The notes under the pieces: generated by a model
Told to the model about the DNA's origin: nothing
What the model saw: the letters and a program-made list of their open reading frames with translations, nothing else
The model's database searches: none
Made by a program: the position numbers and the translations under genes
Virus record (IMG/VR): IMGVR_UViG_3300042540_001399
Location: 186,001-250,000 of that record
DNA length: 64,000 nt
Reading direction: 5' to 3' (one strand)
Shown: positions 20,355 through 30,579 of the stretch, piece by piece
Position numbering within the stretch: the first letter of the stretch is position 1
Layout: each line of letters starts with the position of its first letter

Positions 20355-20954
20355 ATGGATTTTGAGCAAATTTTGTTAGAAGACGGTAGAAGAAGACAAG
20401 TAATAAGAGCTATTGTTAGGGATATAATAACAGTTTATAAAAAAGAAGATGAAGGGGAATTTTATTTACCAAATCACATTGAAAAAGATGATGACTATTA
20501 TAATTTTACGAATTTTGACCATAATTTAATTGTAGAATTAATAATAATTGAAAACTATGACATAGAAGACTTTATTGTTGACGCTAACTATTGGAGAGAC
20601 GAAGAAATAATTGAAATTATAATTGATTACAATCCTGATCGTAAATTCGAAACTTTATACGATTTAGTTGGTGAACTTAACCAAATTGTCGCCCACGAAA
20701 TCAGACATATTGACCAAAAACATAAAGGTACACACGATCTTGATCAAGAAGAAGAGTATGACCCATTTAAGTATTACAGTCAACCACATGAAGTTGACGC
20801 TCAAGTCTTTGGTTTTAATCGACTTTCCAAACTTACAAAAAAACCGTATGAAGCCGTGGTACGAAGTTGGTTTGAAAAAAATAAAGATATTCATAGACTT
20901 AATGAAAAAGAAAAAGAAGAAATTATAAAAATTTTACTTAATTATAAAAATTAA
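20355..20954 (+). CDS. putative zincin-like metallopeptidase
   Basis: HEIRH (HExxH) with downstream PHEVDA. Confidence 0.6.
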   Translation: MDFEQILLEDGRRRQVIRAIVRDIITVYKKEDEGEFYLPNHIEKDDDYYNFTNFDHNLIVELIIIENYDIEDFIVDANYWRDEEIIEIIIDYNPDRKFETLYDLVGELNQIVAHEIRHIDQKHKGTHDLDQEEEYDPFKYYSQPHEVDAQVFGFNRLSKLTKKPYEAVVRSWFEKNKDIHRLNEKEKEEIIKILLNYKN

Positions 20955-20955
20955 T

Positions 20956-21360
20956 ATGGCTAAAAGGTACCCACAAAAGTATGAAGAAAAATTATTAGTA
21001 ATAAAAAAGTTAATTTCATTAAAAAGTAAGTTACTTTCGGAATACAATAGAGATTTTACAATCGAACTTGATGATTATGATTATAGTGAACAAGATGACG
21101 AATTCAACGAATTAGTTTTTGAAATCAGAATAAAAAATGTTGAATGTCCTGATTGTGATTTTGAAATCGATGGTCTGAGCCATGATTTACAAACAATAAA
21201 AGATAAAATATTGAATGGATCGTCGTTCAATTTATCCAAAAAATTAAATATAACTGCTGGTAACTCAACTACAAGGGGTGTACTATTAGGTGAACTTGAT
21301 TACAGATTTAGTTACATCCAATCAGTAGTTTTTCATCTATTTATAGATCCAGAAGGTTAA
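20956..21360 (+). CDS. hypothetical protein
   Basis: 134-aa ORF, CPDC motif. Confidence 0.65.
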   Translation: MAKRYPQKYEEKLLVIKKLISLKSKLLSEYNRDFTIELDDYDYSEQDDEFNELVFEIRIKNVECPDCDFEIDGLSHDLQTIKDKILNGSSFNLSKKLNITAGNSTTRGVLLGELDYRFSYIQSVVFHLFIDPEG

Positions 21361-21977
21361 GATCTAAACCTGTCAACAATTTTTCTTACCAATTCTTTTA
21401 CCATAACACCCGAAACAGTCAACGCACCAAAAGAAATTATTCTTTTAACAACATCATCTAACGCAACTTCCGAAAAATCCTTTGTGGCAATTTTGTAAAT
21501 TTCAGGAAGAACTGGTATTAAAAAGGCATATGCTATCATATTACTTACTTTGTGTGTCGTAATACCTAAACTATCAATGAAAGAAAGAAATGTTTTTTCT
21601 AATTTTTCAGTTTTGGTTAAAACTTCGTCAAAAATTTTAACTAAACCTTTTTCTTTAATCATAACCAATATTTTATGTAAAAACTTTTTGTTTGATGTAA
21701 AATAAGTTAAAATTATTCCAGTTAGAATCAAATCTATTTCTGTACCACTAATTTTTATGGGTTGGTTTTCAATAAAGTCAGAAATAGGTCCGATGAATCC
21801 CCCTATTGTTGTTCCCCAGGTTAATAAAAAAGTTAAGTCCAAACCGGCTTGTGTTTTTGCCGATTTAATTATTCTAGTTACAATTGAAGATTGATCTTCT
21901 AAAGTTTTAGAAATACTTTTTTTAGATTCTTCTAATAGAATATATTTATATTGTGATTCTGTAATTATTATATTCAT
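21357..21977 (-). CDS. membrane protein with ITESQY leader
   Basis: MNIIITESQYKYILLEE; several hydrophobic segments. Confidence 0.7.
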   Translation of the reverse strand: MNIIITESQYKYILLEESKKSISKTLEDQSSIVTRIIKSAKTQAGLDLTFLLTWGTTIGGFIGPISDFIENQPIKISGTEIDLILTGIILTYFTSNKKFLHKILVMIKEKGLVKIFDEVLTKTEKLEKTFLSFIDSLGITTHKVSNMIAYAFLIPVLPEIYKIATKDFSEVALDDVVKRIISFGALTVSGVMVKELVRKIVDRFRS

Positions 21978-22012
21978 GATCAATTAATAAATATATTGTA
22001 ATATTTATTTAT

Positions 22013-22717
22013 ATGGGAAAGAAAAGATTATTAAACGCTCCTTTAAAAAAGGGTGATACCGTACAATTAATAAGTATGTCAGATCGTGATAAAGTTAGTT
22101 CCGGTATGTTTGGGACTGTAACATCTGTAAACAACATACAAGGTACAGTTTTATATGGTGTGGAATGGAGAACACCTGGTGGTAATAAGTTACGTGATTT
22201 AGCCCTGATAGATGGTATAGACCCTGAAACTAACAAAAGATTGGATCAATGGTTTAAAATTGTGGACGAAGATATGGATGATTCGGAAAATATGATGGAA
22301 AATAAATTTTTAACACTCACTAAAGGACAAATTTTAAGTGAATCTAAAAAAAAAACTCCTGAGGAATTCACAAGACTTTCAGACCTATATGATATCGCAG
22401 AAATATACAAATATTTAGAAGCTTTAAGATTATCAGGAATCATTAACATGTTTGGAGCTTCACCTTACCTTTATATGGGTAGAGATAGAATTTACCACCA
22501 ACATTATTACGAAGACTTTGGGGACGAAGAAAGGGAATCTAATTATAACTATGTTTTGGATAATGCTGAAAAAATAAAAAACATTATGATAAGTGGGGCT
22601 TATTCTTCATTAGGTGGTGATAATATGAGATCCTTAGAAAGAAAAATACAAAAAGACGCAACTGATTTACTGATGTTATTTACCAAAATGAAGGGTGGTA
22701 GTAAATTTATGCGTTGA
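22013..22717 (+). CDS. hypothetical two-domain protein
   Basis: SH3-like N-half and LEALRLSGIINMFGASPYL C-half; ATATTTAT 22001-22008. Confidence 0.7.
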   Translation: MGKKRLLNAPLKKGDTVQLISMSDRDKVSSGMFGTVTSVNNIQGTVLYGVEWRTPGGNKLRDLALIDGIDPETNKRLDQWFKIVDEDMDDSENMMENKFLTLTKGQILSESKKKTPEEFTRLSDLYDIAEIYKYLEALRLSGIINMFGASPYLYMGRDRIYHQHYYEDFGDEERESNYNYVLDNAEKIKNIMISGAYSSLGGDNMRSLERKIQKDATDLLMLFTKMKGGSKFMR

Positions 22718-22744
22718 TAAACTATTTATAAAAAAAATAAAAAA

Positions 22745-23194
22745 ATGGCAAATTACTTTTTAAACATCACAAAACAAGATAAAGAAAACATTCTTAATAA
22801 ACATCGTACCGTTTATGATGGATTTGTCACACAATACGGACAATCTATCAATAATCAACCACTTTATGTACAAGACTTTGCAAATGACAAAAATGGGATC
22901 ACAGTATCCAATAAAGGAGTGGTTAAAAATTATACAAATGTTAATATCAACGAATCTATGATACCTATTGACAATATTAATAGTTCAAATAAAATTACAT
23001 TAGATATTAAACCTGAAAAAAAAATAGAAAGGGGTGATTGGGTAGATGAATTGATGTCAAATCAAGAAGAAGTTGACGAAATTTATAATGAGCAAGAATT
23101 TTTTGAAGGGATGGACCAAGATGATGTTTTGAATTTAGAAAATAAGTTACAAGAGTCTTTAGATATGTTCAAAAGATTTAAAAAATACAATTAA
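22745..23194 (+). CDS. hypothetical protein
   Basis: 149-aa ORF with upstream TATTTAT. Confidence 0.7.
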   Translation: MANYFLNITKQDKENILNKHRTVYDGFVTQYGQSINNQPLYVQDFANDKNGITVSNKGVVKNYTNVNINESMIPIDNINSSNKITLDIKPEKKIERGDWVDELMSNQEEVDEIYNEQEFFEGMDQDDVLNLENKLQESLDMFKRFKKYN

Positions 23195-23499
23195 TGGAAA
23201 TAAAAGAAATTATATCGTACTACTTTGATCAAGACACAAAACGAATAGATGTTTCATTTAGATTAACAATTGATTCTGACGATGAAGTCAGAAGTGATAT
23301 CGTTAAAGTTGAAGAAGCTAAAGAATTTGGTTATGATATAATTACTGAAGAAATTGATATTTTTGATTTTAGTGACGATGAAGATTATGAAGATGATGAC
23401 GATGATTTTGTTACCGTTGATGAAGATATTTTACTTTCATATCTAAATGAATATTATATCGTTTATCCAAATAAATTACCAAAGTCAGATGTGTTTTGA
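23194..23499 (+). CDS. acidic hypothetical protein
   Basis: 101 aa, TAATG coupling. Confidence 0.7.
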   Translation: MEIKEIISYYFDQDTKRIDVSFRLTIDSDDEVRSDIVKVEEAKEFGYDIITEEIDIFDFSDDEDYEDDDDDFVTVDEDILLSYLNEYYIVYPNKLPKSDVF

Positions 23500-23735
23500 A
23501 CGAATATAATCACATAATAAAACTTATGTCAGATTTTACATTTGAAGACACAAGTAATGAAGAACTTGGTGAACAAGACGCACCTGCTGGTGGGGGGTCC
23601 GCAGCAGCACCTTACCCTACAGTGACAAAGTGGGAAACAGGACTTACTAGAAGCGTTGCTAATCAAATTGATAGTAAAGCAAAGTGGAAGGAATTATATA
23701 AAATAACAAGAGGAAAGGCTAACACACTTATATGA
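23496..23735 (+). CDS. hypothetical protein
   Basis: 79 aa, TTG start; WETGLTR...RGKAN. Confidence 0.6.
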   Translation: MNEYNHIIKLMSDFTFEDTSNEELGEQDAPAGGGSAAAPYPTVTKWETGLTRSVANQIDSKAKWKELYKITRGKANTLI

Positions 23736-25930
23736 AAGATATTGATAATATAATTCTTAAATCGCTAAATCTAATCAGTTATGATAGGTCAAAACATGTA
23801 ACAGAACAGGTTGTCCCAAAACAACCTGGATTAAACACATTTACATTTAACCCAAAAACCGGTCGTTTTGAACCACCAAAATCCCCATTTGATACTATTA
23901 TTAAGACACCATCAATAGACGATTTTATAAAGAGTCAACAACCTAAAAGGGAAAAAATAAATGATGAAGATGCAATTCCATATTCAACATTTAAAAGTGT
24001 GGTGAATAATAAAAATATTTATTTACCAAGTAGGATAGTAAAACAAAAAGGTAAGACTAAATTTGTCACACCAAACATAATTAAAAAAGTAACTACAAGT
24101 GAGTCATATGACCCCAAATTAGCAGAAGAATATTTTGGTTCACAATGTTCTAAATTATCAGGAAATCACCCAAAATATAACGTTGGGTACTATAAACAAT
24201 TAGATTATTATATTGATGATTCAGGAAATCAATGTACTCCTATACCCTACAAAGTAATATCAAAAGAAGTTGTTAAAAAAGGTCAAAAAACACCAAGCGT
24301 CATAGAGACAGACGTTTGGCAAAATGATTTATCTAAACCGATAACTTTAAAAAATGGTAGTACCATTCAAAAAAGTAAGTATAAATATCCTCAAGGTTGT
24401 AAACCAATACCTTATGATACCTGTCTTAGATATTCTTGGAAAAATTTACATTCATTTGGAGCACAAAATGATGGAATTTTAGAGTTTGAAAAAGAAACTT
24501 ATGATGGAGGTTCATCTAAAGGATCTGTTGGAGGTTTTGAGCCAACAAGAACAAATACAACCAAAATAAGTTATGGTGCTTGTTTAAGTGATGATTGGTT
24601 TCCGTGGTTATCAAATTTTGTCGGGTACTTACCAAAGACCCAAATAAAAGTACAGACAGATTCTGCCGGTAAAAAACAGATTACTAAATGTATTAGAAGA
24701 AATTATTCAACAACCGGAGTTGATTTAGTTGAAAATAATTTAAAATCATATAATTTAAGTTCGGGGGTTGGTACTCTTTTACCTGTTCCATACGATAATG
24801 TTCTTCAATTTCCATTAGATTTAGCAGTAAAAGAATCTACAGGTTCGGCATACAAAATAAATGCTAACTACATAGACTACACGATAGATTTAAATCAATG
24901 GTTTGTTTGGGGTAACGCCGACTATAAAACATATAAAGTAGATGCTAACATAGATTTCCAAGAATACTTGAATAAAGGTGGTAGTGAAAAAGATATATAT
25001 GATGATTATTTGAAAGATTTATATGGGGATAGTAAAACTTACAAATTCTTTGGAAAAGAATTTAATCTATTTGGTAAAGAAGAACTTGGTATTGACGGAT
25101 TGGAAAAAATGATCAATGATGAAAAAACTGTCGATGGTTTAGAGTCAAAATACAAAGATGTATCGGAAAGATTTATAGGTAAAGAAGATTATGTCGGGTA
25201 TTTGGTGCAATTGTCCACAGATTACAATACTGAAAAGGCAAAACCAAGACCAAATGAAGTTGTAACATCTTTTTTAGAATTACAATGGAACACAACATTA
25301 TCGATAATAAGAATGTCTTTAGTTTATCCAATTTACAAAAGATTGGTCCCCGATGCAACAATAGATGAATTTACGATTTCTTACCTTTCATATTTATTTG
25401 GCATAATATCCGATGATAATGCGGCGAAAGAAAGTGTTAAAACATCACGAACCACCCCAAGTTTTCTAAGTAAAACGGCTATTGGAATAAACAAACAATT
25501 GAATCCTTCGAATGATTCTGAAACGGCAAAAACTAATGATTATTACGCGTCTTTTTTGATGAACGAAAAAGGAATATGGGAAACTATTAAAAAGTATCCA
25601 CTTATGGTCCCAAGTGATTATGCACAATACAACAAAAAAAATGTTAAACCTGTCACAATTCTTGACGCCAAAGACAGGGCAAAATCTGACGGTAAAACTA
25701 ATGGTTATTTATGGAATACACAAACTGTACAAGACGTACAAGCGGGAACTCCGGTTGAAATGAATAATTTTTTATATAAAAGTTTATACTCAGATGGATC
25801 TCAATCTCAGTCAAGTGGTAGTGGTGAATTAAGTGACGCGGACATTCAAACCATGATAGATGCTTATGAATCTTTTGACAAACAAATAGAATCTATAATA
25901 AAAAATACAATTGTTTTAATGGGTAGATAA
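23732..25930 (+). CDS. large hypothetical (candidate virion) protein
   Basis: 732-aa ORF, coupled to neighbours. Confidence 0.7.
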   Translation: MKDIDNIILKSLNLISYDRSKHVTEQVVPKQPGLNTFTFNPKTGRFEPPKSPFDTIIKTPSIDDFIKSQQPKREKINDEDAIPYSTFKSVVNNKNIYLPSRIVKQKGKTKFVTPNIIKKVTTSESYDPKLAEEYFGSQCSKLSGNHPKYNVGYYKQLDYYIDDSGNQCTPIPYKVISKEVVKKGQKTPSVIETDVWQNDLSKPITLKNGSTIQKSKYKYPQGCKPIPYDTCLRYSWKNLHSFGAQNDGILEFEKETYDGGSSKGSVGGFEPTRTNTTKISYGACLSDDWFPWLSNFVGYLPKTQIKVQTDSAGKKQITKCIRRNYSTTGVDLVENNLKSYNLSSGVGTLLPVPYDNVLQFPLDLAVKESTGSAYKINANYIDYTIDLNQWFVWGNADYKTYKVDANIDFQEYLNKGGSEKDIYDDYLKDLYGDSKTYKFFGKEFNLFGKEELGIDGLEKMINDEKTVDGLESKYKDVSERFIGKEDYVGYLVQLSTDYNTEKAKPRPNEVVTSFLELQWNTTLSIIRMSLVYPIYKRLVPDATIDEFTISYLSYLFGIISDDNAAKESVKTSRTTPSFLSKTAIGINKQLNPSNDSETAKTNDYYASFLMNEKGIWETIKKYPLMVPSDYAQYNKKNVKPVTILDAKDRAKSDGKTNGYLWNTQTVQDVQAGTPVEMNNFLYKSLYSDGSQSQSSGSGELSDADIQTMIDAYESFDKQIESIIKNTIVLMGR

Positions 25931-25931
25931 A

Positions 25932-28439
25932 ATGAAGAATAGTTTAGAACTAAAAATATTGAAAGAAAATAAACAAGCCATCAACGAAATTGCTCCATTA
26001 GTTTGGGGCGCAATAGTTGTAGGTGGCGCATTGGCGAGTTATTTGGGATATAATGCGGCGACAAAAAGTCATGAAGATCAGGAAATGATAAAAAATGACA
26101 AAGGTTTTTTTGTTGATGAAATGTGGGTTGGTGAAAATTTTAAGATAACATATTATACAGGAAGTGAAGAACCATATCAGTTAATGAGTTTCCCACCAAA
26201 CGTTAAGGGTTGGGAAGTTTTTGGTGATGATTATGGGACTTATATAAAGATAAAAGGTAGTTCACCAAATGCGGAGAATGATCTAAGAGTATATCTTCCA
26301 AAAAAAGAATGGTTTAATCAATTTAAGGGTAAAATTAAAACTATTACAGATTACAAAGCAGGATCAGAAGAATCAAACACTTACAGTCTTTGTTTTTATC
26401 TGAAGAACCCACAAAAAGCAATTAAAACCAAGGTTTTGAGACCAGATGGGTCAACATTTTTTGGTCCACCTGACGAAGCTTTAAATATTAGTAAAACAGA
26501 AAGTATTGACGATCCAAGTCGTGGTTGGGCGGTATTAGAAACATATAAACAAAGTGGTTACTTTTCTATGAAAGGTGATGTTTTTTCTGATTTGGCAGAA
26601 TCAAAAACCCCTCCCAACAATTTAGTGACTGAATCAAATATTTTTGAAGAAACTGGTTCTGTCTCATATTATTCCGCCTTTCCAGAAAAATATCAAGAAA
26701 AGAAAGATAAAGAAGCACGTGAATCTTATTCGAATTCTTTAAAACAAAAACTTACTGATTTGTCGGCTAATCCACCAAGTGGACTACAGGAATATCAATG
26801 GAATACATATGGTCAAAAATACGCTGGAAGTGAATTTGATAATTGGTATGATAGTTCATCAGGCACTTTTGTTGTAATTGGTATGCAAATTTGTGCTTCT
26901 ATCGCATTTGCCCCATTGGCCGAATATTTTGCCTTAAGAGCAACAAGTGCTGCGGCATATGCCGCTTGGAACATAGGTGTTCAAGTGGCCGGTGAATTAA
27001 TATTTAGTGTGTGGGAAGCGATATATCTGTACAATCGTGGTTTAACAAGTCAAGCGGGGCTGATCATGTTTTGTTGTTTACTTCCCGTTTTTTCAGAAAG
27101 CATGATGTTTGGTAAATTAATAGGAAGACCACCAGGATTTGATGACGCTATAAAAGATTTGGCCTATAAATTTGGATCAGGTTCTTTTAGTAGTCCAGCA
27201 GACTTCAAAAGGTGGTTCAAAGCTTTAGATCCGGCTTTACAGAAAGAATTACAAATGTCTATGACATTAGCGTCACAATATTATAGTAAAGCAAGTACTA
27301 AAAGTATTGCAAAACAACTTGGTGAATCCATGGCTAAGGCGATTGACGACATTGAAAAAACAGGTATAAAAGGGGAAGTAGATTTAATGAAAAATTGGGA
27401 CATAGGTCTTAGTGGTGTTGAGTTATTAAAAAAGAACCCAACTATAAAAAAATATTTAGTAGCAAAATCATCATTGAAGGATCTTAAGAATTTAGCCGCT
27501 ATAGTTGGAGGATATTCAAAAGGAAAAAATTTATTATTAAAAGGTTTAGGTTTGAACTTATTAATGGTTGGTGGTGTTATATTTCCAATATGTACATTTG
27601 CAATAAAAGACAATGAAGAATTTATAAAAGATCCACAAGGTATATTAAATGGTGCTGAAATGGGTATTGCGTCTTTCAAGAATCAAAGCCCTAAAAACGC
27701 TAAGAAATTTGAAGATCAAGTCACTGCATTTGTTAATAAAATGAAAGATGAAAAAGATGTTGACAAGGCTTTACAATACGCAAAAGAATACATCCAAATT
27801 TTGGTAGAATTAGATTTCATAAGTAAAAACGGTAGTTGGGGTGATAAAAAGAAACAATATCACAAATTTATTGAAAATTATAAAAAGGTTGTTTTGGCTG
27901 AAAATCAGGCATTATACTACCAAGGTTTACAAGAAAATAATCGTGATAAAACAGTTAATTCATTAAAGGTTTTAGAAAATATTAGTGTTGACACAAAAAA
28001 TAAAACTGTTCTTGCAATAATTAATGGAACACCAAGTTCTTATAAAAAAGTACAAAGTGGTTATATAGATTCAGAAGGTGTAAATCACGTACCAAACAAT
28101 GATGAACTTATAAAGTTTTTTGAATGGTTTTCAGGGTACAATATTAAAACCAAATCAATAACTAATTCAAACCCATATCAAGTTTCAAACAACGTAACAT
28201 TTACTGCAAAATTCACTTTTCAAAAACCTGACGGTACTCCCATGGAAAAAACAAGGGAATTCAATAACCAACTTCTGATCAATATGTGTCAGTCGTCATT
28301 TAATAACCCAACCCCTGGTTTTAATTTAGATGTGAACTTTGGTGATCCAGCGTCTAGTAATTATTGGGGTAATATATATTTTGTTAGAAAAATTTTTACA
28401 GACTATTATGATGATTATTTGTTAAGTAAAAAAAAGTAG
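25932..28439 (+). CDS. large protein with hydrophobic Ala/Gly-rich helices (candidate virion/ejection protein)
   Basis: 835 aa; LVWGAIVVGGALASYLG and several internal hydrophobic segments. Confidence 0.7.
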   Translation: MKNSLELKILKENKQAINEIAPLVWGAIVVGGALASYLGYNAATKSHEDQEMIKNDKGFFVDEMWVGENFKITYYTGSEEPYQLMSFPPNVKGWEVFGDDYGTYIKIKGSSPNAENDLRVYLPKKEWFNQFKGKIKTITDYKAGSEESNTYSLCFYLKNPQKAIKTKVLRPDGSTFFGPPDEALNISKTESIDDPSRGWAVLETYKQSGYFSMKGDVFSDLAESKTPPNNLVTESNIFEETGSVSYYSAFPEKYQEKKDKEARESYSNSLKQKLTDLSANPPSGLQEYQWNTYGQKYAGSEFDNWYDSSSGTFVVIGMQICASIAFAPLAEYFALRATSAAAYAAWNIGVQVAGELIFSVWEAIYLYNRGLTSQAGLIMFCCLLPVFSESMMFGKLIGRPPGFDDAIKDLAYKFGSGSFSSPADFKRWFKALDPALQKELQMSMTLASQYYSKASTKSIAKQLGESMAKAIDDIEKTGIKGEVDLMKNWDIGLSGVELLKKNPTIKKYLVAKSSLKDLKNLAAIVGGYSKGKNLLLKGLGLNLLMVGGVIFPICTFAIKDNEEFIKDPQGILNGAEMGIASFKNQSPKNAKKFEDQVTAFVNKMKDEKDVDKALQYAKEYIQILVELDFISKNGSWGDKKKQYHKFIENYKKVVLAENQALYYQGLQENNRDKTVNSLKVLENISVDTKNKTVLAIINGTPSSYKKVQSGYIDSEGVNHVPNNDELIKFFEWFSGYNIKTKSITNSNPYQVSNNVTFTAKFTFQKPDGTPMEKTREFNNQLLINMCQSSFNNPTPGFNLDVNFGDPASSNYWGNIYFVRKIFTDYYDDYLLSKKK

Positions 28440-28485
28440 CCTACAAATAAACCATATTTAAGATATATTTATTTAAAAAAAAAAG

Positions 28486-30579
28486 ATGGAAAACAAAGCT
28501 TTAGAAATTTTAAAAATTAAAAAACTGATGGGTCTTACATCGAAACTAAATGAAGGTTTTTATGGGACCAACAAATTACTATTGATGGAAGAAACTGGTT
28601 ATGGTGAAGCCATGGATATATATAAAAGATTACTTAGAAAAACCACACAAGCACTTTCAGAAGAAGAAAAAAGATATCTAAAATCACTTATAGATGAATA
28701 TAACGCAAGATTTGCAGATGAAGCCGGAAGTATCAATTTCGAAGGTAAAATGACACCTGACATCAGACTAAGATTAAATGGGTTTTTGGCTGCTGAAACT
28801 TCAGACATGATTACAAATGTGTTTGATGGTGCCATAAGAAGAGCTGAAAGACAACTTGTAAGTCAAAATGCTATTGATCAGATGAAACTAGCAAATGATT
28901 TTTACGAAGACATTATGGGAAGACCGATAAGTGACGATGTATTGAATGCTGATGGATCACCAATAAGCATATTAGATACTTTAAAATTTATTTATCAAAA
29001 AGGTGGGGTTAGAAACTCATCGCTACCCTTAGACTTTCAAACAATACTAAGAAATGAATTGGCAGCAATTTCCCCTATGTTGGATGAAGTTACGCCTGTA
29101 AGAAAGTATGTCGATGATGTAATTGATCAAATTGATGAAATAGAAGATCCATCAACTGTAAGATTGGCTCCGGCAGAAGAAATTGCCGTTATTACTAATA
29201 ACATAAGCGGAATCAAAAACTCATTAGAAAATCCAATTGAGCAAGTTACATTAGATTTAACAGATGATTGGAGAATATCGTTTGACGAGGATGACCTTGG
29301 TTTAGGAAGAACACCTAACGAAGTAAGGAAACAAGCAATTGATGCTGTCATGAGAGACATGGAATCCAAATGTAAAGTAGGATTTTGTAAAACTATGGTC
29401 GCTTATTATAAAAAAGACAGTAAAAAATTTAATGATATGTGGGCTTACATATATCAAAAACTTGAGAGTGGGATTAAACCAGTTGCAAGAGCGGAATTCG
29501 AAGCGGGTGCACCTGCGGCTTTGATAAACGAATATGAACTTATTTTAAAACAATTCGAAAAACTTGACACACCTTTAACACCTAATGATTATATTAAGTT
29601 AGGTGAAGAAATTTATACTAAAATGAAAGAGACTGGACAGTTGGGTGTTTTCGGTGGTACTTTTTCACCTCTAACATCAGATATAAGGGTTTTTACGAGT
29701 AAAGACATGTTATATCGAACTCTTGGATATGTTACATTAGGATCAGACCCATTTAAGGGTGGGTGGACTTTCCAAGGGATGTGGTCCAGATGGTGGAAAA
29801 TGAACCTTATATGGTTCCCAATAATATTTACAAAAAATTTAATCGATGCTGGTAAAGGTAGTGATGATCCTACAGAAACTGCGTTAGAACAGTTTGGTGA
29901 ATTACTTTTGAATACCGCCAAAAACACGGCATTATTAGGTTTAGCACCAGGACCAAGAGTATTTTTTGAAGGCACAATATATTTCTTAAATCAAAAAATG
30001 AAGGGTTCAAAATACGTTGATTACCCAACTCTTGTTGATTATTTAAACAAACAACATGGTTGGACTGAAAATCAAGTTTATGATAATTTAATTAATAAAG
30101 GGTTAGTTAGGACATTCAGAGATAGAACTCCAGCTTACACACAAATTAGTGGGGCAACGGATGTATATGCTGTTGCTAATGGGAAATATGAAATTGTTAA
30201 TGAAACATATGTTGGCGGAATCATAAATCCAAAAATTGTATTTACACCTGAAGGTCAATTAACACCAAAAAAAGAAGAAAAAACCGCAAAAATTGATAGA
30301 GAGGCAAGAACAGAAATAAAAGAACTAATTGCAAATGAATCATTCATATCTGATTCCATAGGTTTAACATTACTTAAAAAGAAAAATATAGATTTTGATC
30401 GTCAAGAAACTGTTGATGATGGAGGAACCAAAGTAACAATTTTAGTTTATAAAGCGGTAAACACCCAAGATGCAAAGGCAGAAATTAGTATCAATTATGA
30501 TGCTTGGATTGCAGCTCAAAAACCAGAAATTAAAACTGAAGAAAATTTCAATAAATACGTCAAGATAAAATTAATATAA
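28486..30579 (+). CDS. large hypothetical (candidate virion) protein
   Basis: 697 aa; N-terminal EILKIKKLMG motif. Confidence 0.7.
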   Translation: MENKALEILKIKKLMGLTSKLNEGFYGTNKLLLMEETGYGEAMDIYKRLLRKTTQALSEEEKRYLKSLIDEYNARFADEAGSINFEGKMTPDIRLRLNGFLAAETSDMITNVFDGAIRRAERQLVSQNAIDQMKLANDFYEDIMGRPISDDVLNADGSPISILDTLKFIYQKGGVRNSSLPLDFQTILRNELAAISPMLDEVTPVRKYVDDVIDQIDEIEDPSTVRLAPAEEIAVITNNISGIKNSLENPIEQVTLDLTDDWRISFDEDDLGLGRTPNEVRKQAIDAVMRDMESKCKVGFCKTMVAYYKKDSKKFNDMWAYIYQKLESGIKPVARAEFEAGAPAALINEYELILKQFEKLDTPLTPNDYIKLGEEIYTKMKETGQLGVFGGTFSPLTSDIRVFTSKDMLYRTLGYVTLGSDPFKGGWTFQGMWSRWWKMNLIWFPIIFTKNLIDAGKGSDDPTETALEQFGELLLNTAKNTALLGLAPGPRVFFEGTIYFLNQKMKGSKYVDYPTLVDYLNKQHGWTENQVYDNLINKGLVRTFRDRTPAYTQISGATDVYAVANGKYEIVNETYVGGIINPKIVFTPEGQLTPKKEEKTAKIDREARTEIKELIANESFISDSIGLTLLKKKNIDFDRQETVDDGGTKVTILVYKAVNTQDAKAEISINYDAWIAAQKPEIKTEENFNKYVKIKLI